Below, piece after piece: positions 26,387 to 39,770 of a stretch of 64,000 bases of DNA (position 1 is the stretch's first letter; the number at the start of each line of letters is the position of its first letter). Source of the DNA: Mobula hypostoma (lineage: Eukaryota); NCBI RefSeq assembly GCF_963921235.1, contig NC_086101.1, forward strand, positions 6,140,001-6,204,000, given 5' to 3'. The position numbers and the translations under genes are program-made. The notes under the pieces are model-generated. The model was not told where the DNA came from. It saw only the letters and a list, made by a program, of their open reading frames with translations, and did not search any database.

Positions 26387-26529
26387 CTGGGGTGGGTTGG
26401 GAGGGGTGAAGCAAAGAATTAGCGTCCCCGAAAATCGGGGGGGAGACTCGGGCCGTGCGGTCCCAAGACCGGGGGTGGGGATGGGGGCGGAGGGAGAGCC
26501 CGCTGGGACTCAGGTACAGTCTTTGTCCC

Positions 26530-27670
26530 CCATTACTTCCTGACCAGTATAATTTTCCAGTGGTCCACTATCAACTCTCACCTCCCTTTTATTTATATAC
26601 CTGAAAAAACTTTTAGTTTGCGATCATGTTTCATCTTTTCCCATCTTATGGCTTTTTGGATTTTAAAAACATCCGAATCATCCAACTTACCACTCACTTT
26701 TGTTACCTTACATGCCCTTTCCTTGGCTTTTATGCAGTCCTTAACTTCCCTTGTCTGCCACGGTTGGCTCGCCCTGCTATCTGAGAACTACTTCTGTGGG
26801 ACATATCTCTCCTGCGCCTTCTCCCCATTACTGTTGATGCCATGTCCAAGCAAGATCCTGTCAAGCTCTGCCTTAAATACCCCCAAGGATCTGTCCTCCA
26901 CAGCTGCCTGTGGTAATAAATTCCACAAATTCCCCACCCTTTGGCTAAAGAAATCAGAATCAGGTTTATTATCACCGGGGTGGGTTGTGAAATTTGTTTG
27001 TTCACAGTGGCTCTGTTTTAAATGGGCGCCGTTCTATCTGAGGCTGTGCCCTCTTAGCCTTGACTCTCTCACCATGGGAAACATCCTTTCCACATCAACT
27101 CTGTCTGAGCCGTTCAACATATGAAAGGTTTCAATGTCATCCCGCCCCACCATACTTCTAAATTCCAGCAAGTACAGACCCAGAGCTATCAAATGTTCCT
27201 CAGATGATAACCCTTTCGTTCACGGAGTCATCCTTGTGAACTTGCTTTGGACTTTCTCCAATGGCAGCATATCTTTTCTAAGATGAGGGGCCAAAACCTG
27301 TTCACATTATTCAAGGTGAGGCCTCACCAGTGCCTTATAAAGCCTCAGCATCACATCCCTGTTCTTGTATTCTAGACCACTTCAAATGAATGCTAACATT
27401 GCATTTGCCCTCCTCACCATCGACTCTGCCTGCAAGTTAACCTGTAGGGTGTTCTGCAAAATGACTCCCATCTCAGATGCAAGACTTGCATCTCATATTT
27501 TTGGATTTTCTCCCCTTTTAGAAACTAGTCTGCACATTTATTTCTACTACCAAAATGTATGACAATGCATTTCCCACCATTGTATTTCATTTGCCACTTT
27601 CTTCCCCCATTCTCCTAATCTGTCCAAGTCCTTCTGCAGCCTGTCCTCAACACTACCTGCCCCTCCACTG
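26530..27670 (-). mobile_element. Degenerate CR1 fragments
   Basis: Reverse strand shows LYKALVRPHLE-like and WQMKYN...MHCH-like CR1 sequence with indels. Confidence 0.7.
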
Positions 27671-28139
27671 ATCTTGAAATAAGTAATGAACTCACCTGCT
27701 TACCTTGCCTCCACCTGTTCTCGCTGAAGCCCTGTTGAGCCAAAGCCTTTCCACTCTGACTCAAGACTACACCAACGACGACCGCTCTGGTGATGAACAC
27801 TCTGCTGGGCGGGACCTCTCTTTTATAGAGACTGGGATTCTAAAGCTCTTCGCCGGACCTGTGTGGGACGGCTTCTGTTGTGTCTGTTCAATACTAACAT
27901 CAAATAATATTCAGAACTGAAGTTCACGAAGGTACGTTCACAGCCACGAAGCCAGTCACAGCTCTTCCAGCAGCCTGTTACTTGCAGGCCACAGTCTCAA
28001 TTCAGCATAATGACAAGTTAACCTAGAGGAGCAGTGAGCTGAACAATGGCCCGTCCCTCGCCTCTGGCCCAGACACGTTGATTGTGATTTTCATCCAATT
28101 TATTGCCTCGTCTTGAATGCAAACCAATTCAATCTTTTT

Positions 28140-29205
28140 TAAGCATTTCTTCGGCGGTTGAACGGGGCATGACTACGCAAGTGCATGAACGTCGGACCAT
28201 GAGGCAACGGGAGAGTTAAAAAGTGAGCAGATTAACTGAGCAGGTGTCGTCGCAGCGGGAGACCGAGTAGGAAGGCTTTGGCTCGACAGGCTTTGGCGAG
28301 CAGAGGCTGAGGACGAGCTTCACTCCAAGTGAGGTAAGGCCAGGTAAGTTCCTTTAATTAATTTAATTCCCTTAAGAGTAGGTAATGGAGGCAGCAGTTA
28401 GGGCAGTTGAGTGCTCCGTTTGCAGTATGTGGGAAGTCGGGGTGAGCACAATTGTCCCTGATGACTACACATGTAAAAGGTGCATCCAGCTGCAGCTCCT
28501 GACAAACCGAGTTAGGGAACTGGAGCTGGAGCTGGATGAACTTCAGATCATTCGGGAGGCAGAGGCAGAAATAAACAGGAGCTACAGGGAGATAGTCACC
28601 CCTAAGAGTCAAGAGACAGGTAGCTGCGTGACTGCCAGAAGAGAGAAGGGGAATAGACAGAATGAGCAGAGCACCCCTGTGGACGTTCCCACCAATAATA
28701 AGTATATCATTTTGGATACTGTTGATGGGGACGACCTACCAGGGACAAGTTGCAGTGGTTGCGTCTCTGGCACCGAGACTGGGCCCTCAGCTCAGAAGGG
28801 AAGGAGGGAAAAGAGGAGAGCAGTAGTGATAGGGGATTCAATAGTTAGGGGGACAGATAAGAAGTTCTGTGGAAGGGTTCGAGAATCCCGGATGGTCTGT
28901 TGCCTCCCCGGTGCCAAGGTCTGCGATATCTCGGATCGAGTTCTCAGTATTCTCAAGAGGGAGGGTGAGCAGCCGGATGTGGTGGTCCACGTAGGGACCA
29001 ATGACGTGGGTAGGAGGTCCTGAAAGGTGAGTTCAGGGAGTTAGGTACTAAGTTCAAGGACAGGACCTCCAGGATAGCAATCTCAGGATTGCTACCAATG
29101 CCACGTGCAGGCGGGTTTGGAAATAGTAAGATAGCACAGAACAACACGTGGCTGAAGACATGGTGCAGGAGGGAGGGCCTCAGATTTATAGATAATTGGT
29201 TGGAC
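28140..29205 (+). mobile_element. CR1 5'UTR + ORF1 (zinc finger, SGNH esterase), truncated
   Basis: ORF 28385-29023: CSVCSMW...YTCKRC, coiled coil, VVIGDSIVRG, VVVHVGTND. Confidence 0.88.
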
Positions 29206-29552
29206 TTCAGGCGAGACGAGGCGAGAGTTACCGGCAAGACAAGGCAAGGCTTCAGGCAATGCAACGCGAGACAAGAACTTCAAGGCAAGGCGAGAGCTAC
29301 CGGCAAGACGAGGCAAGGCTTCAGGCAAGGAAACAGAAGGCAGGGGAAGGGATATGAGGAGTAAGGACAAGAACAATCCAGCACCCCGCCCTGGTCTCTG
29401 GAGGTATTTATGCAGCCAGCCCCAATGAGAAAGAGCTGTCTCAATTAGTGCTCAAACAGGAACAGAAACAGGGTAGACAGGAAAACCTGGAGTAAGGGTC
29501 GATGGATCGGACCATGATCCGGAATGCGGACTTCATGGATTGGACCATGACA
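29206..29552 (-). mobile_element. Partial LTR-like element related to the 30224 element
   Basis: Ends in ...GGACCATGACA, the reverse complement of TGTCATGGTCC at 30224; internal ~70-bp duplication. Confidence 0.55.
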
Positions 29553-30223
29553 CCAGGACCTTCAAGAAAAGCTGCCTCAAAAAGGGGACATCAATCACCC
29601 ACGACCCCCATCACCCAGGACATGCCCACTTCTCCTTGGTACCATCAGGGTTGAGGTACAGGAGCCTGAAGACACACACTCAACAATTCAAGAATAGCTT
29701 CTTCCTCTCTGTCATCAGATTTCTGAATGGGTATCAAACCCATGAACACTACCTCACTGTTTCTTTTTCTTCTTTTTTTCACTACTTATTTTTTAAAAAC
29801 TTTATTTTCAAAATTTTCAAAAAAAAAAGATCAATGAAAACATACCAGCTCACACATGTATAAAAAAGAAATAAGCAAAAAAATAAGACATAACATTAGA
29901 GGGATGCCTATTGTACAAAGTGCTCAGAAATACTAAACATTAAATCTCAAATGAGGGCCGTGAGAAATCAGCTGGGGGAAAGTTGCTCATCCGCCGCCGG
30001 CCTCATCCAGGTAGGCAAGAAATGGATCCCAGATAGCCAAAAACTTTTTAATTGAATTGGTTCTCAAGAACCTAAGTTTCTCCATCTGTAGGACTGAGAT
30101 AATATCAGCCATCCATCTCCGAAAGGAAGGGGGAGAAGGTGATTTCCATTCCATCAAGATAAGTCTTTTGGCAACAATCATCCCCAGCATAAGAAACTGT
30201 TGTATGGCTGCAGGGAAACAAAT

Positions 30224-32174
30224 TGTCATGGTCCGGACCGTGAAGTCCGCATACCAGTTCATGGTCCGGTCCGTGGATTCAGGACTCCGGGTCTTCCAGC
30301 TGTCCTTGTCATGGTCTGGATCGGGGGTCCCTTTAAATTTACTTTGTTTATGTTACGATCCGGATCGTTGACTCCCTGTTTCCCTTTGGTTCACTGTTTT
30401 CCCGTGTCCCTCAGACTTGGTGATTGGAGGCAATTTACTCTTGGCTGAACCGGTAGTTTATTGTCCCTGGTTTCAGTCGTTCAGCGCGTAAGTGTTTGCA
30501 ATGTCACCAAAGGTACGGCATGCCAATGTCATCTGGCTGGAGCAAGCCTAGTCTCCGCCCGAAGCGAGTGCCGGTAATTCACCTTTCTTCACCGGAGCAA
30601 CCCTGTCAGGTTACCTCGCCAAAGCGAGCCTGGTTGCTCTCCTGGTTTCAAACTATAAACTCAATTTAATGAACCTCACAAGATGTATCTTGCATTTGGA
30701 TCCACCCTTGCTCCCAATGACCACCCCCCCCCCATTGTGACAGTCCCTTGTTGGAGTTAATCATAGACACCTGATTCCCATCTTGGGGCTTGGAATATAA
30801 ATAGCCTTGGGGTTGAGTGTGAGCTGCTGGTTTGTTTTGCCAAGATCCCTTGGGAGCAACCTGCTGGTGGAAGGTTAGAGCAGCCAATTGCCATCTTTAG
30901 GCCATGTTGGGGGACCATCCCCTCATGGACCCTAGCTGTCGGTAGTCGGAGCTGTCTTTGCGGTATGAATTCGGCTGTTTCCTGGGCCAGCTGAATGGTT
31001 GCCAGCCACTCCGAGCTAGGTAGGGATCTGCTGTTTCCGTAGCCAGCTGAGGTTGCTGGCCGAACTGAGACTCGGTGCTTCCCCGGAGCAGAGATAGAAC
31101 TGTCTGTCGTTCTTTGGTGTTTGTCTCTTCTTGTCCTTGCCTCCGTGTGGTAAGCCAGGCTGTTTTGCCGTTGCCCTGCGGGGAGATCTGTCTTGTCTAG
31201 AACTCGCCTCTGTTGGGTAAGTCCGGCCGTTCTGCTGTTACCTGAAGGAGGGACCTGTCCCACCTTGCTGTGGAGATGAAGTTGAGACCCGGCTTGTCTT
31301 AGGATGAGTCACGGCTCTATGTCTATGTTCTGTCCTGTCTCATGTTGGTGTCGTGTTAAAGATGAGTCCCGGCTCGTCGAAGGATAAGTCCCGGCTCTAT
31401 GTTGATGTTGGGTTCCCAGTCTGTCTCAGAGCTCCAAGAACCCAAGCCTCAAAGATCCCGCAGCCAAGTTCCAGGACCCCAAGCCTCGAGGATCCCGCAG
31501 CCAAGCTCCAAGAACCCTAGCCTCGAGGATCCCAAGGCAAGCTCCAAGAACCCAAGCCTCAAGGATCCCAAGTCAAGCTTCAAGGACCCGAGCCTCGAGG
31601 ATCCCAAGTCAAGCTCCAAGGACCCGAGCCTTGAGGATCCCAAGCCAAGCTTCAAGAACCCGAGCCTCGAGGATCCCAAGCCAAGCTCCAAGAACCCGAG
31701 CCTCGAGGATCCCAAGCCTCCAAGCTCACGACCCAAGGCTCCAGCCTGCAGCCAAGCTCAAGACCCAAGATCCCAGCCTGCAGCCAATCTCAAGACCCAA
31801 GACCCAAGCCTGCAGCCAGTCTCAAGACCCAAGACCCCAGCCTCAAGCCTCAAGACCCCAGCCTGTCTCCAAGTTCAGGCCTCTAGACCCCAGCCATGTC
31901 CTGTCCTGCAGCCATGTCATGTCTTTGCCTGGTTCTGGGGTCCGAGCCCGAGGCAAGACCCAGGTTCTGGGTCCTTGTCCAGTCTCAGGCTCGGAGTCGA
32001 AGCCTTAGTCCATGGTTTCTCGTCCTGGTCCCGCTTTCCCTAGCCTAAGTCTGCACTCTTGTCCCTGCTCCTGGTCTGAATCCTGTCACGTCCCTACTCC
32101 AGTCAAGTCCTGTTCCTTGTACTTCAGTGTTTGTGTCTCGAATTTGGATCCGTTCCCAGCACTCCACTGTAACA
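30224..32174 (+). mobile_element. LTR-type composite insertion inside L1 ORF2
   Basis: TGTCA...TAACA termini with 5-bp TSD CAAAT (30219-30223 / 32175-32179); the L1 reading frame (...QSTIC | FPAAIQ...) rejoins across it. Confidence 0.8.
31430..31880 (+). repeat. Minisatellite, ~36-bp period built from CCAAG-like subunits
   Basis: Unit approx. CCAAGCTCCAAGAACCCGAGCCTCGAGGATCCCAAG, degenerating at both ends. Confidence 0.9.
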
Positions 32175-35100
32175 CAAATAGTAGATTGCGAGCAGCCAAA
32201 TATAGCGAGACCAGCTTCCAAGGGGAAGGATCTTTTATAGGCCTTTGAGTACCAGTCGAATATTTTGGACCAAAATCCAGTCAGTAATGGGTAAAACCAA
32301 AAGGTGTGTGACAACGTGGCTTCCATCCCTTGGCATCTATCACACATTGGCGAGACAGAAGGGTAAATCCTGTGCAATCTAAGTTTAGAGTAATGGAGAC
32401 GGTGGACAACTTTAAACTGGATCAGTTGGTGCCTGCGGTTAACAGAGCAAGTCTGTGTCATAGGCTTATCCCAGGCAGCTTCAGATAATTCAGTACCCAA
32501 CTCTTCCTCTAGGTGTTTCTAATCTTCACAGTCGATGCTACAGTGCAATTATCAAATAAATGTACAAACTTAGAAACGAGATGCCTGGAGTCAGGAGGGT
32601 TCTTTAAAATATCAAAAAAACATATGTATCCCTGGAAGGATTTCAAAATTACAAATCTTAAATTGAATGTAGTGTCTAATTTGCAAATAACGAAAACAAG
32701 TGCAAATGGGGCAGCTCAAATTTCTCTTTCAGCAGACTAAATGTTGCAAACCGTCCCTCTATGCACAGGTCTTCAATAGAAACTAGACCCTTCTCCCTCC
32801 AAGCTTTGGATGTTTTATCTGACCATGAGGGTAGAAAGGAGTGATTCAAACAGATTGGTGTTTGTACAGAGGTCTCTGGTAAATTCAGAACGCTCCTAAT
32901 CTGATTTAGAATTCTGACGGAATTTTTCAAAACAAACCTCAAACTTCTTGAAGTCCCAGGCCTCTCTAACTTGGAGAACAGCATGGCTGGCAAGGAGGAA
33001 TTGACAACAGAGTTGAACACCATACATAGCCACAAGGGAGCCCCAGGGGCTAGGTTATTCGGAGCCCCCTGTTGCCAAAAAATTAAAGCCCTAGCATTGA
33101 CAGCCCAATAATAGTGTCTAAATACAGGTAATCCCAGTCCTCCTTCAGACTTGGGCTTTTGTAAATGAATTTTTGAAATCCTGTGAATCTTATAATTCCA
33201 GATATAAGACAATATTATGGAGTCCAACTCTTTAAAGAAGGCTGATGTGAGAAAAATGGGGAGATTTTGAGAAAGATAGAGAAACCTAGGAAGGGAAACA
33301 ATTTTAATTGAATTTATACGACCAATCATGGATAGAGGTAGGGTTTTCCAACTTTCTATATTCTGTTTAAGTTTTGAAATAAACTCCGCGAATTTTAATT
33401 TGAATATTAATTTAGGATCTTTGGAGATTGCCAAACCAAGATTAGTAAAGTGATCTTTAACTACTTTGAACGGGGCACTTTCCAAAAAACCCCGCATGTA
33501 GTTGTTGGAGAGGGGCACAAAGTCACTTTTTGTCCAATTGGTTGAGCATCCCTATAGTCTGCCAAAAGAGGTGATTAAATCTAAAAGAAGAGGGACTGAC
33601 TTTTCTGAGTTTTGTAAGTAGAGTATCACATCATCAGCATATAAACTAATAACTGTTTCAATACCTGCCACTTTCAAACCCACAATATTTGGGTGACTTC
33701 TTATTTTTAGGGCAAGGGGCTCTACCGCGATGGAAAAAAGGGCCAGCGAGAGAGGGCACCCCTGCTGGACGGAACGGTGTAGGGGAAACAGAGTTGAATT
33801 GTCATCATTAGTTATAATAGAACACAATTGGGCTGGCGTATATCAGTTTTACCCAAGATACAAATGACTCACCGAACCCAAACCTGTAACAGTGTTATAA
33901 TCAAACATGTAAGGCCACTCAATCTGGTCAAAAGCCTTTTGTGCATCAAGGGATAAAATTGCTGCCCCAGTAGCTTTCCCATGATCAGCATATATAGTAT
34001 TAAGGAGGCATCTGACTTTGGGAAAAGAGAACCTACCTGGGACAAATCCTGTCTGATCAGGATGAATGATAGATGACAAATAATTATTTAGTCAGTTAGC
34101 CAGCATTTTAGTAATCACCTTCCTATCAAAATTCTGGAGTGCAATGGGCCTATAGCTGGCCGGGTCTGTTTGCTCTTTACCTTTCTTCAAAATGAGGGAA
34201 ATGTTAGCCTCGTACAATGTCCTAGGCAAGGCTTTATCTCTCTTAGAGCAAGATATCATTCTGAGGAGAAGTGGGGCAAGGATATCACAGAATTTCTTAT
34301 AAAATTCACAGCCAAATCCATCCGGCCCAGCAGCCTTGCCAGACGGAAATGACTTAATTGCAGAAGTTATTTCTTCCAATGTGAAGTCAGAATCTAAGTC
34401 CTCCCTAGCAGCATCACTAAGTCTGGGCATTACAAGAGAATCAAAGAAGTCATTCAAGTCAGATTGAGTGGCATTGCATTTAGAGGTGTAGAGTTCGCTG
34501 TAAAATTCTTTAAAACAGTCATTTATCTCCTTGGGGTTAGTTAACAGGGTACCCGGCCTCGATCTAATGCAATGAATTGACCTTAGGGCCTGGGCGCCCC
34601 TGAGCTGCCGTGCCAGGTGCCCCCAAGGCTTGTCCCCCATTTCGAAATTCTTTTGTCTTTATTTTAAGAGGAGGTTATATATCTGACTACCCAAGATACT
34701 ACTTACTCATACTTAAACTTTATTATTTTATAATCTTCAGAGGGTTTCGAAGCCTGGTATGTCGCTTCGAGGGTTGGGAGAGTATTCTCAATCTCTAATA
34801 ATCGCCCTTCTCTCTCCCTCTTAGCAGCAGATTCATATGAAATTATATACCCACAAATTACAACTATTAATGTCTCCCAGAGTGTGGAATCTGACACCTC
34901 ACCATTATCGTTAATTTCTATAAAATCTTTTAATCTGGTGGTTATAATATACTATAAATTTCTCATCGGCGAGTAGGGAGGGGTTAAAATGCCAGGAATA
35001 GATTCATTTGGAAAGGGAGAGATTCAGGGACATTGTCAAGGGGCTATGGTCAGAAATGAATCTATTATGATATTTTGTATTGGTAACACGAGATATTAAA

Positions 35101-36272
35101 TGAGAATCAACCAAAAAACAGTCTATTCTACTATAAGATTTGTGAACTTGAGAATAATAAGAATAGTCCTTGTCGGTGGGACGTTGAACTCGCCAAGTAT
35201 CTACTAAATTCCTAGATCTAATCAAATTATTTAGGACCTGCACTGACAAGATATTTGAGGGCGGGCGGGAGGACAATCTATCTAAATATGGGTCCAGGTA
35301 GCAATTCAAATCACTGCCGATTATTATATTTGAATTACTGGCATCCAGAAGTAAATCAAAAGCTTTCCTAAAAAAAATTTGCCTCGTCTGTGTTTGGACC
35401 ATAAATATTAAGGAAGGTTAGCGGAAACAAATTAATGGTGCCAGAGATCATAATAAACCTGCCGAGAGGAGCTGTGGTCATGGAAGTGAGCTGAAATGGA
35501 ATATTTTTCCTAAAGAGGATAGCCACACCACGGGCATGAGATGCAAATGGTGACTGGTAAACCTACGATATCCAGCTAGACCTCAATCTGCGTTGCTCAG
35601 TTACTTTGATAGGGGTTTCCTGTAGAAAATTCACATCTGCAAATAGAGATTTCAGATATCTAAAAACTTTATCCCTCTTAACAACATGACCAAGGCCCTT
35701 AACATTCCACGAGACTATTGTAATATCTTTACCAGCCCCCCCCCAGCTCTTTTCTACAGCCTCTGCATATGAGAATTAAAAAGAGATTATTAGAGTTGAG
35801 CACAAACATAGTAAACGATGCAGAATGGCTGGCAGCCTCATAAAAACACAACATACACAAAAAATAACATGTTAGCTTCAAGCTGGCTATTTTGTCTCAT
35901 TAGCTCTGAATACTTAACTTCAAGCTCTTGCACGTGTGTTTCAAGGTCACTGGCGGTTAGTTCTTGATTAGCCACACGGGCTGGCAAGTCAGCCTGGGAG
36001 GCCACAAGCGCCTCTAACTTGGTCTCAAAAACATCAAAGCGGTCGTTAATGCCACGCAGAACTGACTGAGAAATCTCCTGACTTAGTTCATTGCACATGG
36101 TGTAAGTTTTATCCGGTGGTATCTCAGACGCGGAGAAGTGCTTTACCGACCCATTGTTAGCATTAACTTCGATAGTTTCGCAGTCGGCGGTCTTGGCTCT
36201 ATTTGCCTTTGGCATTGTCAAACTTTTCCAGACACTTAGAGGAAATGGTATACTTGGTGTGCGTTTGTCCAG

Positions 36273-37125
36273 TGTTACGTACCCCGTAACTGGGTTGCCA
36301 AACCAGCAGAAATGGATCACTCAGTTGGAGTCTGGAGTACTCGAACTAAGAAAGTTTTATTAAAGAAACAAGCAACACAGTAATCGAAAGGATAATAAAT
36401 GCAACAATTCAACAATGATAACCACACATGTGCACAGAATTAAGATAACAGCATCAATCAAGCTCTATCGTTGTCTAGGGGTAAATGACCAATTTCAAAA
36501 TGACTCAAAGTTCAGTCCAGTTTGTAGTTCAGTTCGCAGTAATCGTTGCCATGGCGATGGACAAGGTGGGGGAAGAGAGACAGAATAGGAACAACTGATC
36601 ATTCAGAACACTGCTTCACTCACAGACCAGCGGGATGGCTCACAGACAGCTTTTGGGCAGGTCCTCGGTGATGTCACCTGAGGTCACCGACTGTGACCCC
36701 TCCTCCAGATGCGGTCGATCCTCTGCAGTGAACCCGGCACCCAGGCAAGGGCGGACACACACCGGGTTCCCGCTGATCGTACCTTTCCACCCTTGTCGTT
36801 GTCCGGTACTTCTCACCCACTCGTGAGAAGCGCACCGCTTCCAGGGTCTCGTTACCTCGGGTGGCGTGTGTCTTAGCGAACCTGTCCCTTTTTATCCCCC
36901 TGCTGGGATATCGCCTGTCCATCACTTCAAACAGTTCAGGGTTCAAAGGGGGGAGCCGCTCCAGACAGCTCTTCCTCCCACATCCCTTCATTACACATCT
37001 CCAGACGCTGCTCCATTGTTCCTTATCTCTCCTTCCCCTGAGGGCAGGTGGCAGACCAACTGCTGATGCCACTGATGCTAGCCCAGGCCAGCAAACATCT
37101 TAATTTTATGTGTATTCTCGTAACA
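36273..37125 (-). mobile_element. Solo LTR (853 bp)
   Basis: TGTTACG...CGTAACA termini; TSD CCAG (36269-36272 / 37126-37129). Confidence 0.85.
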
Positions 37126-37129
37126 CCAG

Positions 37130-37943
37130 TTACCAAGTAGAAAAACTTTAAAGGAACTGCTCTTGGCTCTCGCGCAGGAGGACTTAAACCTAAAAAAAAA
37201 CAAATACTGGAGCGTGTGGAGGCAACCGACAGGGAGTTCACGGACAGTATGACCCTGCTGACGACGAACATTGAAAAACTGACTCACTCTGTCGCATTAA
37301 TAAGGCACCTTGTTAAATGTATAAAATGTCTGCATCAGTGTTGTCTTGTATTTCCATACAATGTTACATTAGGCTGTTACACGTCTATTGTCAGAGAAGT
37401 ACTTGCATAAATAGGTAAACCACCTTCATACAAGCAAGGACAGAAAACAGGGCAAAGGGAGTATACTTATTTATTCAGTAAGCTATGGGTCAAAGTATTT
37501 GGTGAGTACATTTCTAACCCTTCTGGCTTCAGTCTCGTTGCCGTCTGTTCTGAAATTGTTAGGTGGTGGCGTTCAAGAAAACAATGAACATCAGTTCCGG
37601 CACATCATGACAGAGTTTTTAAATAGTCAAAAAAGCTCACTTTACAATTTAACTCTCACGCCGTTCACACCGACTGCGCGTTATAACAGCTTGTGCAGTA
37701 CGAAGCAGAAGCAGAAAAAGCATTGTTGTTCTGGTGTTGGCATGACAGCGTTTTTAAATCTCTCCGTTTACCCCGTACACACTACAACGGATATTAGGCA
37801 TTTTCAGATTTATTCACTCTGGAGACCGTTTCTGAAAATCTCCGTTTTTGGGGGATGAAAACTCTGTTTCAGTGTGGACAGAAGGTCAAAACGAAGAGAA
37901 AAAGCTTTGTTTTCAAAATTATCCGGAGTAGTGTGGACGTACC
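37130..37943. mobile_element. Harbinger/PIF-like DNA transposon end (tentative)
   Basis: Repeated subterminal GTGTGGAC motifs ending ...AGTGTGGACGTACC, resembling fish Harbinger-type TIRs; the other end was not found. Confidence 0.45.
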
Positions 37944-38659
37944 ATTAGTTCAGACATACACTGTCGGCCTACAAATGAATAAAACACGGTATAATAGTAA
38001 TTTTATCAAGGCCTCGGAGAGGAGCACTGACCAAACTCGTCTAATCCATACGCATGCGCACTAGCGCCCCCTTCGCTACTTATTTAATTTTATATATTTA
38101 TATACTTCTCACTGTAATTCAGATTGTATTATCGTGTATTGCAATGTTGAGTGCATAGCAACAAATTTCACGACATATGCCGGTGATATCAAACCTGATT
38201 TCGATTCTGATTCTGATTTTCATCCAATTTATTGCCTCATCCTGAATGCAAAACAATCCAAACTTTTTGACCAACCTCCAATTCGAGACCTTGCAAAAGT
38301 TCATGTAGACAACATTCACTGTCTTGCCTTCATTAATTTTCTTTGTAAACTTCCTGAAAAAAAACCCACAAGATTGATTAGACATGACTTACCACGCACA
38401 AAGCCATGCTAACTATCCCTAATCAGTCCGACTTCCGAATACTTGCATATCCAGTTCCTTAGAATATGGGTACTTTCCCAGTACTGATGTCAGACTCACC
38501 GCCCTATATTTTCCTCATTTATTTTCAGAGCATTCCTAAATAACAGAACAGCATTTGCTATCTCCACAATAGGTCTATGGTGGAAGCGAGCTCATTGTCT
38601 CTCCATTCGGTGTGAATCACCTGGACAATACAAATACTTATGTCAGGATGCTGGTTATT

Positions 38660-39770
38660 GACCACAGCTCCACGTTTCACACCATCATTCCAACAGTTCT
38701 GATCAAAAAAGCTCCAGAAACTGGGCCTCTTCTCTCCCTCTGCAATTGAATCTCAACTCCCAAACTGGAAGACCACAATCTGTGTGGAATGGAAACAACG
38801 TCTCCACCTCACTGACAATCAACACTGGTGCACCTCAGGGATGTGTGCTTTGCCCTCTGTTCTACAGACTCTACAGCCCCTGACAATGGCTACTCTCTCT
38901 ACAGCCCCTGACAATGGCTACTCTCTCTACAGCCCCTGACAATGGCTACTCTCTCTACAGCCCCTGACAATGGCTACTCTCTCTACAGCCCCTGACAATG
39001 GCTACTCTCTCTACAGCCCCTGACAATGGCTACTCTCTCTACAGCCCCTGACAATGGCTACTCTCTCTACAGCCCCTGACAATGGCTACTCTCTCTACAG
39101 CCCCTGACAATGGCTACTCTCTCTACAGCCCCTGACAATGGCTACTCTCTCTACAGCCCCTGACAATGGCTAGGCAAGGCTCAAATGCCATCTATAAATT
39201 TGCAGCTAATACGATTGTTGGCAGAATTTCAGACGGTGATGACAGGGCGTACAGGAGTGAGATATACCAGCTCATTGAGTGGTGATGCAGCGACAACCTT
39301 GCACTCAACATCAGTAAAACCAAAGAACCGATTGTGATCTTCAGAAAGGGTAAGACGAGGGAAGACACACCAGTCCTCATAGAGGGATCAGAAGTGGAGA
39401 CAGTGAGCAATTACAAGTTCCTGTTTGTCAATATCTCTGAGGATCAGCCTGGACCCAATGTATCGATGCAGCTACGAAGAAGGCACTGTAGTGGTTATAT
39501 TTCATTAGGAGGTTGAGAAGAGTTGGTACGTCACCAAACACACTTGAAAATTTCTGCAGGTGTATTGTGGAGAGCATTCACACTGCCTGCATCACTGCTA
39601 CTACACAAGATAGAAATAAGCTGCACAGGGTTATAAACTTAGTCAGCTCCATCATCCAGGTCATGCCTTGTTCTCATTGTTACCATCAGGAAGGAGTTAC
39701 AGAAACTCAACAATTAAGCAACAGCTTCTTCCCCTCAGCCAAACGATTTCTGAATGAACATTGAATAAAC
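38660..39770 (+). mobile_element. Rex1-like LINE remnant
   Basis: NTGAPQGCVL.P, YKFAANTIVG, LNISKTKEPIVIFRK and VESIHTACIT fragments. Confidence 0.8.
38869..39172 (+). repeat. Perfect 28-bp tandem array, ~10.8 copies
   Basis: CTACAGCCCCTGACAATGGCTACTCTCT starting at 38871, 38899 ... 39151; no spacers. Confidence 0.97.

Larger units (their letters stand above)
29790..36268 (-). mobile_element. L1-clade LINE, degenerate and near full length (ORF1 mostly deleted)
   Basis: ORF1 N-terminal coiled coil (35838-36215); endonuclease IIIGSDLN...YSRID...SDH; RT KAAGPDGF, YRPIAL, DQTGF, DAQKAFD, QGCPLS, LYADD; C-terminal CDRC...HTFW. Confidence 0.9.

Noticed and set aside
31399..32043. 214-aa repetitive protein
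   Set aside because: The open frame is a by-product of a stop-free 36-bp minisatellite inside an LTR-like element.
38869..39172. CRISPR-like 28-bp repeats
   Set aside because: Head-to-tail identical units with no spacers, no cas genes, vertebrate context.
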